Assembly: GCA_963749075.1 (NCBI GenBank)
Contig: CAVVLJ010000021.1
Span: 256,001 to 320,000, forward strand
Length of the DNA: 64,000 nt
From: an uncultured Pseudomonadota bacterium
Lineage (GTDB): Bacteria > Pseudomonadota > Alphaproteobacteria > JACZXZ01
Direction: 5' to 3'
Shown: positions 50,281 through 61,350 of the stretch, one piece after another
Position numbering within the stretch: position 1 is the first letter of the stretch
How the letters are laid out: every line of letters starts with the position of its first letter
Made by a program: the position numbers and the translations under genes
The notes under the pieces: generated by a model
The model's input: only the letters and a program-made list of their open reading frames with translations
Told to the model about the DNA's origin: nothing
The model's database searches: none

Positions 50281-51222
50281 TCACGCGCGCAGGCGCGGGT
50301 TCACCAGCACATAGGCGAAGTCCGCGCAGATGTTGAGGAGGATGTAGATCGTCGCCGTCACCAGCACGACGCCCTGCACGACCGCATAGTCGCGGTTGAA
50401 CACCGCATCGACGATGAGCTTGCCGAAGCCCGGGATGGTGAAGACCTGCTCGGTCAGCACCGCACCAGAGAGGAGCTGGCCGAACTCGAGCGCGCCCAAG
50501 GTGATGACCGGGATGAGGGCGTTGCGCAGGCTGTGGTGCAGCACCACGGTGCGCTCCGAGAGGCCCTTGGCGCGCGCCGTGCGCACGTAGTCCGAACCGA
50601 GCACCTGCAGCATGGCGCTTCGCGTGTGGCGCATGATCACCGCCGCCACGGCATTGCCCAAGACGAAGGCCGGCATGATGATGGTGCGCAGGTTCTCGCC
50701 AAGATTCTCGGAGGGCGGCACGAAGCCGGAGGCCGGCAGCCAGCCGAGATCGACCGAGACGAGGAGAATCAGCATGATGCCGAGCCAGAAGTTCGGCGTC
50801 GAGAGACCCCAGAGGGCAAAGAGATTGGCGGCGTAATCGATGAGGCTGCCGCTCTTGACCGCCGAGAGAATGCCGGCCGGGATGCCGATCAGAAGGGCGA
50901 TGAGGAAGGCGAGGCCGCCGAGCTCGAGCGTCACCGGCAGCTTCTGCAGCACCAGCGTGCCGACCGGCATCTTGTTGCGCAAGGACTCGCCGAGGTCGCC
51001 GGTGAGCGCGCCCGTGGCCCACAGGAAGTAGCGCACGGGGAGCGGCTGGTCCAAGTGGTACTTGTGGCGGATATAGGCGATCACGTTGGGATCGCGGTCC
51101 TCGCCCGCCAGCACGAGGGCGGGATCGCCGGGCAGCAGCTGCTGCAGCCCGAAGATGATGAGCGAGACGAAGACGAGCGTCGGCACCGCGATCAGCAGGC
51201 GGCGGGCGAGGAAGGCGAGCAT
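50281..51222 (-). CDS. Peptide ABC transporter permease (DppB-like)
   Basis: LPGDP, GDLGES, DYVRTARAKGL and RDYAVVQG. Confidence 0.93.
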   Translation of the reverse strand: MLAFLARRLLIAVPTLVFVSLIIFGLQQLLPGDPALVLAGEDRDPNVIAYIRHKYHLDQPLPVRYFLWATGALTGDLGESLRNKMPVGTLVLQKLPVTLELGGLAFLIALLIGIPAGILSAVKSGSLIDYAANLFALWGLSTPNFWLGIMLILLVSVDLGWLPASGFVPPSENLGENLRTIIMPAFVLGNAVAAVIMRHTRSAMLQVLGSDYVRTARAKGLSERTVVLHHSLRNALIPVITLGALEFGQLLSGAVLTEQVFTIPGFGKLIVDAVFNRDYAVVQGVVLVTATIYILLNICADFAYVLVNPRLRA

Positions 51223-51258
51223 GGCGGCCGCGCGTGCCGGCGGCGGCGGAGGGAGGCC

Positions 51259-52779
51259 CTACTGGAGCTTGAGGTCCTCGACGCGCACGAGCCCGTCGGG
51301 AAAGGGCGTGAAGCCCGCGAGCTTCTTGCTGTAGCCGTAGATCCAGCGCTGGTTGTAGAGGTAGATGATCGGCAGGTCGCGCTGCAAGAGAGCGTCCATC
51401 TGGTCGTAGATCGTCTTGCGCGCCGCCGTGTCGATGGTGGTGCGGCCCTCGCCGAGGAGCTTGTCGACATCGGGATTGCAATAGTGCCCGTAGTTGAGCG
51501 AGCCCTTGCACGCGACGAAGAGAAAGAGGTTGCCGTCGGGATCGACGCGCCCGCTCCAGCCGATCTGGTAGGCCTGGAAATCGCCGCCCACTGCGCGGTC
51601 GAGCGAGGTGGCGAACTCGATGGACTGGATCTTGAGATCGATGCCGGCCTCCTTCGCCATGGCCTGGATCACCTGCGCCACCTGCTGGTCGTCGCTCGTC
51701 GTCGGCACCATGAGCTCGATGGTGGGATTGGACTGACCGGCGGCCTTGAGCAGCTCCTTCGCCTTGGCCACGTCGCGCGCCGGCACGGGGAAGGCCTTGT
51801 CGAACCACGGGCTCGCGGGCGAGAAGGGCTGATCGCCTGCGAGGTACTCGCCGTTGTAGACGACCTGCATCAGCGCTTGGCGGTCGATCGAGAGGCTGAG
51901 CGCCTCGCGCACGCGCGGGTCCTCACCGAGCGGGTCTTTCGCCTTGTCGCCGTTCGCCATGTTGACGGTGATGCCGATGTAGCCGATGCCCGCGATGGAG
52001 GCTACGGCGAGCTTCGGGTCCTTGCGCACCGCGGGCACGTCGGTCGGCTGCAGGCGCTCGATGAAGTCGAGGCTGCCGGCCTCGAGGTTGGCCACGCGCA
52101 CGGCCGCGTCGGGGATCGGGCGGTACTCGATGCGGTCGATGAAGACGTGGTCCTTGTCCCAGTACTTGTCGAACTTCTCGACCACGATGCGGTCTTGCGC
52201 CACGCGCTCGACGAACTTGAAGGGCCCGGAGCACACCGGATGGGCGCCGAAGTTGTCGCCTTCGGCCTTGGCCGCCGTGGGCGAGACCATCATGCCGGCG
52301 CGGTCGGTAAGCTGCGCCAGGAGCGGTGCAAAGGGTGCCGCGAGATCGAGGCGCACCGTCGCGGGATCGATCACCTCGACGCTTTGGATGGCGCTGATCT
52401 CGCCCTTGCGGTTGGAGCCCTTCATGGTGAGGTGGCGCTCGATGTTGTACTTGACGGCCTCGGCGTCGAACGGCGTGCCGTCCTGGAAGACGACGCCCTG
52501 GCGCAGCTTGAGCGTTATGGACTTGTTGTCGGGCGCCCAGGCGTAGCTCGTCGCCAGCTGCGGCACGATCTTGAGATCGGCGGTGATGTCGAAGAGCTTG
52601 TCGCACAGGCTCGCGAAGACTATGCGGCCCACGAAGGTGCGCGCGAGCGTGGGATCGAGGATGTCGGGGTCCTCGGCGAGCCCGATGCGCAAGGTGGCGG
52701 CGGCGCCGGCGCCCGCGGCAAATGCGGCGAGCACGGCGGCGAGCGCCGCGGCAACGGTGAATCTGCTCGGCTTTCCCAT
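51259..52779 (-). CDS. Peptide ABC transporter substrate-binding protein (family 5)
   Basis: Signal peptide, LDP, LRQGVVFQDGTPF.A, GPFKF and RVREALS. Confidence 0.93.
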   Translation of the reverse strand: MGKPSRFTVAAALAAVLAAFAAGAGAAATLRIGLAEDPDILDPTLARTFVGRIVFASLCDKLFDITADLKIVPQLATSYAWAPDNKSITLKLRQGVVFQDGTPFDAEAVKYNIERHLTMKGSNRKGEISAIQSVEVIDPATVRLDLAAPFAPLLAQLTDRAGMMVSPTAAKAEGDNFGAHPVCSGPFKFVERVAQDRIVVEKFDKYWDKDHVFIDRIEYRPIPDAAVRVANLEAGSLDFIERLQPTDVPAVRKDPKLAVASIAGIGYIGITVNMANGDKAKDPLGEDPRVREALSLSIDRQALMQVVYNGEYLAGDQPFSPASPWFDKAFPVPARDVAKAKELLKAAGQSNPTIELMVPTTSDDQQVAQVIQAMAKEAGIDLKIQSIEFATSLDRAVGGDFQAYQIGWSGRVDPDGNLFLFVACKGSLNYGHYCNPDVDKLLGEGRTTIDTAARKTIYDQMDALLQRDLPIIYLYNQRWIYGYSKKLAGFTPFPDGLVRVEDLKLQ

Positions 52780-52932
52780 CTTTCGCCTCCTCGCTGTGAG
52801 CTTCCCTTTGGGCCTCGGCTTTTGCTCGCCTCTTGACCCCGCTCGGCCGAGCGACGGTATCCCGCGCTCGCGGCGCTGCCTAGTGTCTCGCCTTAGCAGC
52901 CGCCTGCCAATCAAAATGCCGCGAGCGGCCCC

Positions 52933-54023
52933 TCAGCCCGTGCCGCCGCTGCCGGGCTCTTCGCTGAAGAAGGCCTGGAGGCGCTCGAGCCGCGGGTTGG
53001 GCGGCTCGTCCTCCGGGCGCGGGATGAGGTCCGCGGCCGACGGAATCTCGCGCCAGAAATGGCAGGCGGCGAGGTGCCCGGCGTCTTCGCCCGCGAGGCC
53101 CGGCTCCTCCTCCCGGCAGCGCTCGCGGGCGTGCGGGCAGCGGGTGTGGAAGCGGCAGCCGGGCGGCACCGCGAGAGGGCTCGGCACGTCGCCCTCGAGG
53201 ATCATGCGCCGCCGCGCACGCTCCGGTGCGGGCAGCGGGATCGCCGAGAGGAGGGCCTGGGTATAAGGGTGGCGGGGTGCCGCGAAGAGGCGGTCCTTCT
53301 CCGCCAGCTCGACGATCTTGCCGAGATACATGACGGCCACGCGGTCCGCGATGTGCTTCACCACCGCGAGGTCGTGGGCGATGAAGAGGTAGCTCAGCCC
53401 GAAGCGGGCTTGCAGGTCCATGAGCAGGTTGATGACCTGGGCGCGCACCGAGACGTCGAGCGCCGAGACGGGCTCGTCGCAGACGAGGAGCTTGGGCTCG
53501 ACCGCGAGCGCGCGCGCGATGCCGATGCGCTGGCGCTGGCCGCCGGAGAATTCGTGGGGATAGCGCCGCGCATGGCTGGGCAAGAGGCCGACCAGCCCGA
53601 GGAGCTCGGCCACCCGCGCGCGCCGGGCGCCGCGCTCGGCGAGGCCGTGGACGGCGAGCGGCTCGGCGAGCATCTCGCCCACCGTCATGCGCGGGTTGAG
53701 CGAGGCATAGGGGTCCTGGAAGACGATCTGCATCTCGCGGCGCAAGGCCCGCATGCCGCCGCCCGAGAGGCCGAGGATGTCGCGGCCGGCGAAGCGGATG
53801 CTGCCCGCATCGGGGTCGAGGAGCCGCAGCACGAGCCGGCCCGTCGTCGATTTGCCGCAGCCGCTCTCGCCCACGAGCGCCAGCGTCTCGCCCGCGTCCA
53901 CGCTGAAGCCGATGCCGTCGACCGCCTTGACGGTGCCGCGGCTGCGGCCGAGGAGGCCGGAGCCGGCCTCGAAATGCTTGACCAGGCCCGCCACCTCGAG
54001 GAGCGCTGCCCCTTGCGCCGCCA

Positions 54024-54027
<4 letters not shown>
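52933..54027 (-). CDS. Peptide ABC transporter ATP-binding protein (DppF-like)
   Basis: [25 protein letters not shown] and GCRFHTRCP. Confidence 0.94.
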
Positions 54028-55047
<1,020 letters not shown>

Positions 55048-55053
55048 CGCCGC

Positions 55054-55767
55054 TCAGTCCTCGAGCGCTCGTTGGCGCAGCACCACCTCGGCGTCGATGA
55101 CGGCGCGGTCGTAGATGCCCGAGGGATTGGCGCGGCTGGGGAGGAAGGCGAGGAACGGCTGGAAGATCTGCTTGCTCACTTCGTGGAGGCGCCTCAACTC
55201 GGCGAGCGGCTCCGGGTGGTCGTCGACCCTGAGATCGAGGCTCGGGTAGCTCTCGCTGGTGAAGATGCAGAGCGCCGCCGACTGCTTGCCGCGCTTGTCG
55301 CCTCCCGCCGCCTGGCCGGCATCGAGGGCTACGATCAGGCGCTCGGCGAAGGGCAGCGCCGCGGCACTTGCGTAGGCGGCCGCAGTATCCTCCACTACCG
55401 CGGCACCGGCCAGCATGTTGCCGGCGACCGAGTAGCCCTCGCCCGCCTTGTGGCCGCACCAGCCGATGCAGCTTCGCCCCGTGTGCTGGGCGATGCGGCC
55501 CTGGCGGTCGATGAGGTGGAGCTGGCGGTGCTCGCGGCCCTCGTCCTCGGCGAGGAGGCGGGCGACGACCTCCTCGGGCTCCGCCGCCGCGGCGAGGAGT
55601 GCCATCCCCCGCGGTCCGAAAGTCGGATTGATGAGGGCCTGGGTGGCAAGCGCACCGATGCCGCTCGCCGCATGGGGACAGAGCGCACCGACGGCGAAGA
55701 AGCGGGTGGTGACGGCGACGCCGAAAGCGCCTGTCTCGGGATCGCGCGCGACGATCGACCAGGTCAT
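55054..55767 (-). CDS. DUF1028 family protein (Ntn-hydrolase-like)
   Basis: MTWSIVARD, ATQA, AGNML, GGDKRGKQSAA and DLRVDDH..P. Confidence 0.9.
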   Translation of the reverse strand: MTWSIVARDPETGAFGVAVTTRFFAVGALCPHAASGIGALATQALINPTFGPRGMALLAAAAEPEEVVARLLAEDEGREHRQLHLIDRQGRIAQHTGRSCIGWCGHKAGEGYSVAGNMLAGAAVVEDTAAAYASAAALPFAERLIVALDAGQAAGGDKRGKQSAALCIFTSESYPSLDLRVDDHPEPLAELRRLHEVSKQIFQPFLAFLPSRANPSGIYDRAVIDAEVVLRQRALED

Positions 55768-55880
55768 GCAGCGCCTTCCCTCTCGCGGCATGGCCGGCAC
55801 CAGCCGGTCATGGCGCCGGCATAGCTTGCCCGAGTGCTGCGGCGCACGCAAACGTCCGCCGCCGCGGCGCCGCCAACGAC

Positions 55881-55908
55881 AAAAGCCGGCCGGATCGTCC
55901 CGGCCGGC
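55881..55908 (-). terminator. Intrinsic terminator after speD
   Basis: On the minus strand, GCCGGCCGG-GACGAT-CCGGCCGGC followed by TTTT. Confidence 0.7.
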
Positions 55909-55946
55909 CCGTCGATGACCTCTCGGTGCCTTGACCCTGCGCGAGA

Positions 55947-56486
55947 CTAGGCGGCGCTCGCCTGTGCCGGCGCCTGCACCTCGCCGCGCAGGAGCTCCTG
56001 CACGCTCATCGCGGCCGGCTTGAAGGCGCGCTCGAGCACAGGCACCGACTTGTAGGGGTCGGCCTTGCCGCACATGAAGATGTCGAAGGCGGCGAAGCCG
56101 CGCTCCGGCCAGGTGTGGACGCTGATGTGCGACTCCGCCAGCACCGCCACGCCCGACACGCCGCCGTTGGGCGTGAAGTGGTGGAGGTGAATGTGGAGGA
56201 GCGTCGCATTCGCGGCCTTGACGGCTGCCACCAGCGCGCGCTCGATATAGGGCACCTCGTCGAGATGCTCGGCCCCCTTGAGGTCGAGAATGAGATGGGT
56301 GCCCGCGAACGTCTTGCCGCCGCGCGTGACGAAGAAGTCCTTCGGCGCGGCGTCGTCCGAACGAAAGTATGCCCGGTTTGCACCGGTTGCGGTTCTGGAC
56401 AGGTCGGGCGTAACCGCTGGCGCCGATGCATTCGCCGTGCGCTGCGCGCGCCCCAAGTCCATCCCCAATTTGAAGCGAGTGGTCAT
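55947..56486 (-). CDS. speD: S-adenosylmethionine decarboxylase proenzyme
   Basis: GTHLILDL, H.F.PNGGVSGVAVLAESHISVHTWPE and DIFMCG. Confidence 0.93.
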   Translation of the reverse strand: MTTRFKLGMDLGRAQRTANASAPAVTPDLSRTATGANRAYFRSDDAAPKDFFVTRGGKTFAGTHLILDLKGAEHLDEVPYIERALVAAVKAANATLLHIHLHHFTPNGGVSGVAVLAESHISVHTWPERGFAAFDIFMCGKADPYKSVPVLERAFKPAAMSVQELLRGEVQAPAQASAA

Positions 56487-56703
56487 TAGATCACACCCCC
56501 AAACCAGAAGATGTCTCGGTAAGCACGAGATGTTGGCGATATGAGGCAAGTTGCGCGCGAATGCAATAAAAAATTCACCCGCGGCCGATTTTTTCCTACC
56601 CGGCGCCCGGACCGCCAAGACGAAGGCGGCGGCCTCTTTCTCGGGCGGCGGTTCTGGGGCATGATGACGGCGCTGCCGTAGCGACGTTGAAGGGAGGCCA
56701 AGG

Positions 56704-57501
56704 ATGAGCCAGGCGCTGCGCCGACCGGGCGGCGACGAGGGGCTCCTCGTCAACCGCATGCACATTCCCTTCGAGCTCGATGCCGGCGTCTCCGCGCGCG
56801 CCGCGATCGGCCTCATCGTGCTCGCCACCGATCACACCATCGAGCACGAGTGGCGGCGGATGCTCGGCATCGAGGGCGTCGCCTTCTACGAGAGCCGCAT
56901 CCACAACGCGGTCCAAATAACGCCCGAGACGCTCAAGGCGATGGAGGCGGGCCTCGCCACGGCGGCGGGCCTCATCCGCCCGGGCGAGCATCTCGACGTG
57001 ATGGCCTACGGCTGCACCTCGGGCACCATGGTCATGGGCGAGGAGACGGTGTTCGCGCGCATCCGCGAGGCGCGGCCGGGGATCGCCTGCACCTCGCCCA
57101 TCACCGCAGCCCTCGCCGGCTTCGCTGCACTCGGCGTCGCGCGCATCGCGCTCTTGACACCCTACATCGACGCCATCAACCGCATGATGCGCGACTATAT
57201 CGAGGCGCGCGGCATCGCGGTGCCCGTGATGGGCTCCTTCAATCACGAGAACGACAACGAGGTCGCGCGCATCTCGCCCGCCTCGATCGAGGCCGCCGTG
57301 CTCGAGCTCGGCCGCCACGGCAGCGTCGACGCCGTCTTCGTCTCCTGCACGAGCCTCAGGGTCGCGGAGCGCGTGGCGGCGATGGAGGCCAAGCTCGGCA
57401 AGCCCGTCACCGCGAGCAACCACGCCATGGCCTGGCACAGCCTGCGCCTCGCCGGCTACCGCGATCCCGTGCCCGGCTTCGGCAGGCTGCTCGCTATCTG
57501 A
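56704..57501 (+). CDS. Asp/Glu racemase / maleate isomerase family protein (EutA-like)
   Basis: IGLIVLATDHTIE, YGCTSG, LLTPY, FVSCTSLR and SNHA.AW. Confidence 0.88.
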   Translation: MSQALRRPGGDEGLLVNRMHIPFELDAGVSARAAIGLIVLATDHTIEHEWRRMLGIEGVAFYESRIHNAVQITPETLKAMEAGLATAAGLIRPGEHLDVMAYGCTSGTMVMGEETVFARIREARPGIACTSPITAALAGFAALGVARIALLTPYIDAINRMMRDYIEARGIAVPVMGSFNHENDNEVARISPASIEAAVLELGRHGSVDAVFVSCTSLRVAERVAAMEAKLGKPVTASNHAMAWHSLRLAGYRDPVPGFGRLLAI

Positions 57502-58735
57502 GTCCGAGGCCGTCCGCCGGGTGCTCGGGCGCCCTGCCCGCCATGAGGTCGGCGAGGATGCGGCTCGAGCCCGCCGACATGGTCCAGCCCATGTGGCCGT
57601 GGCCGGTGTTGTACCAGAGGTTGTCCAAGGGCGAGCGGCAGACGATGGGCGGGCCGTCGGGCGTCATGGGCCTCAGGCACGACCAGTAGCTCGGCCTCGA
57701 GAAATCGACGCCCTTGGGGAAGAGCTCGCGCGCCAGCGCCATCATGGTGGCGAAGTCCGCCGGCCGGTGGCTGTTGTCGAAGCCGGAGAAGTCGGCGGTC
57801 GCCGTCATGCGCAGCCGCTCCCCCATGCCGCAATAGGCGACGAGCGCGCCTTCGTCGACGCCGCCCACCTTGGGCGAGAGCGAAGGCGCGATCGGCAGCG
57901 TCAAGGAGAAGCCCTTGACCGGATAGACCGGGATGCCGAGCCCGGCCGACGCCGCCACGCGGGCGCTATAGCTGCCGAGCGAGAGGACGTAGGCGTCGGC
58001 ACTCCTCGCTCCGCGCGCGGTGGCGACGGCCGCGATGCGGCCGCCGCTGCGCTCGAGGCCCGTGATCTCGCAGCCGAGCTCGAAGGCGACGCCGAGGCGC
58101 TTGCAGGCCTCGGCGAGCTGCACGGTGAAGGCGTTGCAGTCGCCGCTGCCGTCGCTCGGGCAATAGACAGCACCTGCGAGCTTCTCCGCGATCGGCGCCA
58201 GCGCCGGCTCGATCTCGACCGCGCGCCTCGCGTCGATGACCTCGACCGGCAGGCCGTGGTCCTTAAGCAGCGTCATGTTGGCGATGCCTTGCGCGAAATG
58301 TGCCGCGTCGCGATAGAAGAAGAGCAGACCCTTGCGGTATTGGTGATAGCTCAAGCCCTCCGCGCCGGCGATCTCCTCGAGCTTGCCCTGGCTGTAGCGG
58401 CAGAGGGCAAGCTTGATGAGCGTGTTGGTGCGCGCGGTCTTGGCCGAGCAGGCGCAGAGGAACTTGAGGCCCCAGATCCAGAAGCGCCAGTCGAGGCTGA
58501 AGTGCATGCGATAGGAAAGATCGCGATGCCACAGCGACTGCAGGAGGAGCTTCGGCGCGCGCGGCGAGTTCCAGGTGAAGGAGTGGCCGGGCGCCACCAG
58601 ACCGGCATTGGCGTAGCTCGTCTCGCCGGCCGGCTCGCTTCCGCGGTCGAGCACCACCACCTCGTGGCCGGCCTTCGCGAGGTAGTAGGCCGTGGTGACG
58701 CCGACCACGCCTGCGCCCATCACGATCGTTTTCAT
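57494..58735 (-). CDS. dadA: D-amino acid dehydrogenase
   Basis: GAGVVG, ETSYANAG, YPVKGFS, LRPMTPDG and NTGHGHMGWT. Confidence 0.88.
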   Translation of the reverse strand: MKTIVMGAGVVGVTTAYYLAKAGHEVVVLDRGSEPAGETSYANAGLVAPGHSFTWNSPRAPKLLLQSLWHRDLSYRMHFSLDWRFWIWGLKFLCACSAKTARTNTLIKLALCRYSQGKLEEIAGAEGLSYHQYRKGLLFFYRDAAHFAQGIANMTLLKDHGLPVEVIDARRAVEIEPALAPIAEKLAGAVYCPSDGSGDCNAFTVQLAEACKRLGVAFELGCEITGLERSGGRIAAVATARGARSADAYVLSLGSYSARVAASAGLGIPVYPVKGFSLTLPIAPSLSPKVGGVDEGALVAYCGMGERLRMTATADFSGFDNSHRPADFATMMALARELFPKGVDFSRPSYWSCLRPMTPDGPPIVCRSPLDNLWYNTGHGHMGWTMSAGSSRILADLMAGRAPEHPADGLGLR

Positions 58736-58803
58736 GGCGCACCTTCCTCCCCTTATCCGCCGCGGGCGATGCTACGCGAAGGCGGCGCGCTTGCGAAGCG
58801 GCC

Positions 58804-59580
58804 TCAGCCGATGCGGAGGGGGCCGAGCAGCCACACCGTCCAGAAGCCGAGTGCGATGAAGGGCCCGAAGGCCAGCACCTCCCGCTCGAGCGGCCGATGG
58901 GCGCGGACGGCGCGCGCGAGGCCGACCGCAAGGCCGCTCAGGCTGGCGAGGAGCAGCACGCTCGGCAGCCCCTGCCAGGAGACCCAGGCGCCTGCCGCGG
59001 CCATGAGCTTGATGTCGCCGCCGCCGAGCCCCTCCCGCTTCCTGAGGCGGCGATAGACGGCGGCGACGAGCCAGAGACCCCCGCCGCCGGCGAGCGCACC
59101 GAGCGCGTGGTCGGCAAGGGAGCCGGGCTCGAGCGCCCAGCTCGCGAGCAGGCCGGCAGGGATGAGCGTGAGCGTGAGCGCGTCCGGCATGAAAAGATGG
59201 CGCGCGTCGATCCAGGCGAGCACCAGGAGGGTCCAGCCGAGCAGCAGGCTCACCGCCAGCACCGGGACCGGCGCATCGCTGAGTGCCGCCGCCGCCGTCA
59301 GTGCGACCGCAACTGAGGCGAGCTCGACGAGGGGGTAGAACCAGCCGAGGGCAGCGCCGCAGGTGCGGCAGCGGCCCTTGAGGACGAGCCAGCTCACGAG
59401 CGGCACGAGATCGCGCGCGGCGAGACGCTGCCCGCAATGGGGGCAATGGGAGCGCCCGAGGATGACGCCGCGCCGCTGGGCGCCCCCCTGGGGCAGCCGG
59501 ACGATGACGCTGCCGATGAAGCTGCCGACGGCGGGTGCTGCCAGGAGGCCGGCGAGTGCCGCGGCGTCAGCCGGGCTCAT
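58804..59580 (-). CDS. Prepilin peptidase (A24, GspO/PilD-like)
   Basis: GSF, RSHCPHC, GRCRTC, WID, GGGDIKL and FGPFIA. Confidence 0.92.
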   Translation of the reverse strand: MSPADAAALAGLLAAPAVGSFIGSVIVRLPQGGAQRRGVILGRSHCPHCGQRLAARDLVPLVSWLVLKGRCRTCGAALGWFYPLVELASVAVALTAAAALSDAPVPVLAVSLLLGWTLLVLAWIDARHLFMPDALTLTLIPAGLLASWALEPGSLADHALGALAGGGGLWLVAAVYRRLRKREGLGGGDIKLMAAAGAWVSWQGLPSVLLLASLSGLAVGLARAVRAHRPLEREVLAFGPFIALGFWTVWLLGPLRIG

Positions 59581-59687
59581 GGCGCTCCGCCGGACCATGC
59601 GGCACCGGCGCGTTGCATCGCGGGGCGCTTGTGATAGCATCGCGGCCGGGCGGAGGGGCGCCCGCGGCGTTGCTTTGCCTGGCGGTC

Positions 59688-60146
59688 ATGACAGCACTCG
59701 CGACCTCGATTTCCCGCCGCCGCAGGCCGCTCTCGAACGAGGACGGCTTCACCCTCCTCGAGCTCCTCGTGGTGCTCGCCATCCTCGGTCTGCTGATCGG
59801 GCTCGTGGCGCCCCACGTGATGAGGATACTCAGCACCTCCAAGGAGAAGATCGCCACCCAGTCGATCGAGCGCATCGAAGGCATCCTCGACATCTACCGC
59901 CTCGACGTCGGCAGCTATCCGAGCACCGACCAGGGTCTCGAGGCGCTGATCCGCAGGCCGGCGGGGGTCGCCAACTGGAACGGGCCCTACATCAAGGGCG
60001 ACCAGGTGCCGCTCGATCCCTGGGGCCATCCCTTCCAATACCGCTGCCCGAGCCAGCGGCCCGGCCACGACTACGATCTCTTGAGCCTGGGCCCGAGCGG
60101 CGAGCCCGGCGGCAGCGGCGACAACGCGCCGATCGTCAATCGCTAG
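59688..60146 (+). CDS. gspG: Type II secretion major pseudopilin
   Basis: GFTLLELLVVL, YRLDVGSYP...GL.AL, WNGPYI, DPWG and SLG..G.PGG. Confidence 0.95.
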   Translation: MTALATSISRRRRPLSNEDGFTLLELLVVLAILGLLIGLVAPHVMRILSTSKEKIATQSIERIEGILDIYRLDVGSYPSTDQGLEALIRRPAGVANWNGPYIKGDQVPLDPWGHPFQYRCPSQRPGHDYDLLSLGPSGEPGGSGDNAPIVNR

Positions 60147-60196
60147 CATGCTCTTTGCCCAGGGGGCATTTGCTCAAGCGCAAGCGCCGCCCCGTT

Positions 60197-60511
60197 CGTC
60201 AGTCCCGCGCAAGCGGGAACCCACTCGCAGCTCTCTACCCCCGCTTGCGCGGTAGTAGATGCACAGAAGTATGAAGAGCGCTGCCCAATCATGACGTTGC
60301 GCTGTCGAAGCGGCGCCTCGGACCGGCGGCTATGCGTCCTTCGAGACGCTCGCTGCGCTCGCTCCTCGGGATGAGGCCAAGTCTTTCTGCCACCCACGCA
60401 ATCTCCTCGTCCTGAGGAGCGCCCCGAAGGGGCGCCTCTCGAAGGACCCGCGGCGGTACTGCAGGCCTCCGCAAGATGCGTGCATCGGCAAGCGCTTTCG
60501 CGGGGGTGACG
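60197..60511. repeat. Nested intergenic palindromic repeats of two families
   Basis: Outer pair CGTCAGTCCCGCGCAAGCG / CGCTTTCGCGGGGGTGACG. Inner pair GTCCTTCGAGACGC..GCTCCTCGGGATGAGG (60336-60376) / CCTCGTCCTGAGGAGC..CTCTCGAAGGAC (60405-60447). Confidence 0.75.
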
Positions 60512-60543
60512 GGAGAAGCGGTTCCACCTGATCGAAACAAGCC

Positions 60544-61338
60544 CTACCTCTCGGGAAGCTCGCCGCGCTCCCAGGCGAGCACGTCATAGCCGGCGGCATT
60601 GCCGGGGTCGATCGCCACGACGGCGCGGCGGACGAAGGTGGCTCCCCGCTCCGATTGCGCGGTGACGGTGATCGCGACGGTCGGCCGCTCGCCCAGTGCC
60701 AGCGCCGGATTGAAGGCGCCCGGGGTCGAGGCCGGGTTGGCGGCGGCACTGGCCAAGGCAGTCGCGACGAGCGGCCGTGCGCCGTGCGCGTCCGGCACCG
60801 AGGCGCCCGAGTGGATGCTCAGGACCGGGCGCAGCTCCGCGAGGATCGCGGGCGTCATGCCGGGCACGCGCAGCAGCTCGTCGATGGTCTCGATCGTGCC
60901 GCTCGGCGGCGGCGCATTGGTCCGCACGCTGCGGTATTCGACGATCGCGGCGGCGAGCTGCTGGGCTTGCTCGTCGTCGACGCCGGCTGCCTGCAACAGC
61001 GCCGAGAGCAGCCAGTCGGGCGCCAGGTTCGGATTGACCTTGGCATTCTCGTCCTCGATGCGCACGACGGCGCTGCCGCCCGGCAATGCCAAGCGCTGCG
61101 GCGCGCCGCCGATCGTCAGGCTCTCGGCCCCGCCGCGCTCCATGAGGGCGAGCACGGCGCGCGCCACGCCGGCGTCCGCGACCGCCTCGGCTTCCGCGCC
61201 GGCCACCAGGTTGTAGGCAATGCGCGCCTCGGTGCGGCCGGTCGCGGCGAGGTGAAGGGCGATCGCGGAGAGCAGCACGAGCACCGAGAGCACGAGGAGG
61301 AGAGCGAAGCCGTGCCGGCCGAGGGCGCGCGGCATCAT
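60544..61338 (-). CDS. gspK: Type II secretion minor pseudopilin K
   Basis: GFALLLVL, A...ADAG, DENAKVNPN and ELLRVPGMT. Confidence 0.85.
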   Translation of the reverse strand: MMPRALGRHGFALLLVLSVLVLLSAIALHLAATGRTEARIAYNLVAGAEAEAVADAGVARAVLALMERGGAESLTIGGAPQRLALPGGSAVVRIEDENAKVNPNLAPDWLLSALLQAAGVDDEQAQQLAAAIVEYRSVRTNAPPPSGTIETIDELLRVPGMTPAILAELRPVLSIHSGASVPDAHGARPLVATALASAAANPASTPGAFNPALALGERPTVAITVTAQSERGATFVRRAVVAIDPGNAAGYDVLAWERGELPER

Positions 61339-61350
61339 GGCTCGGCCTGC

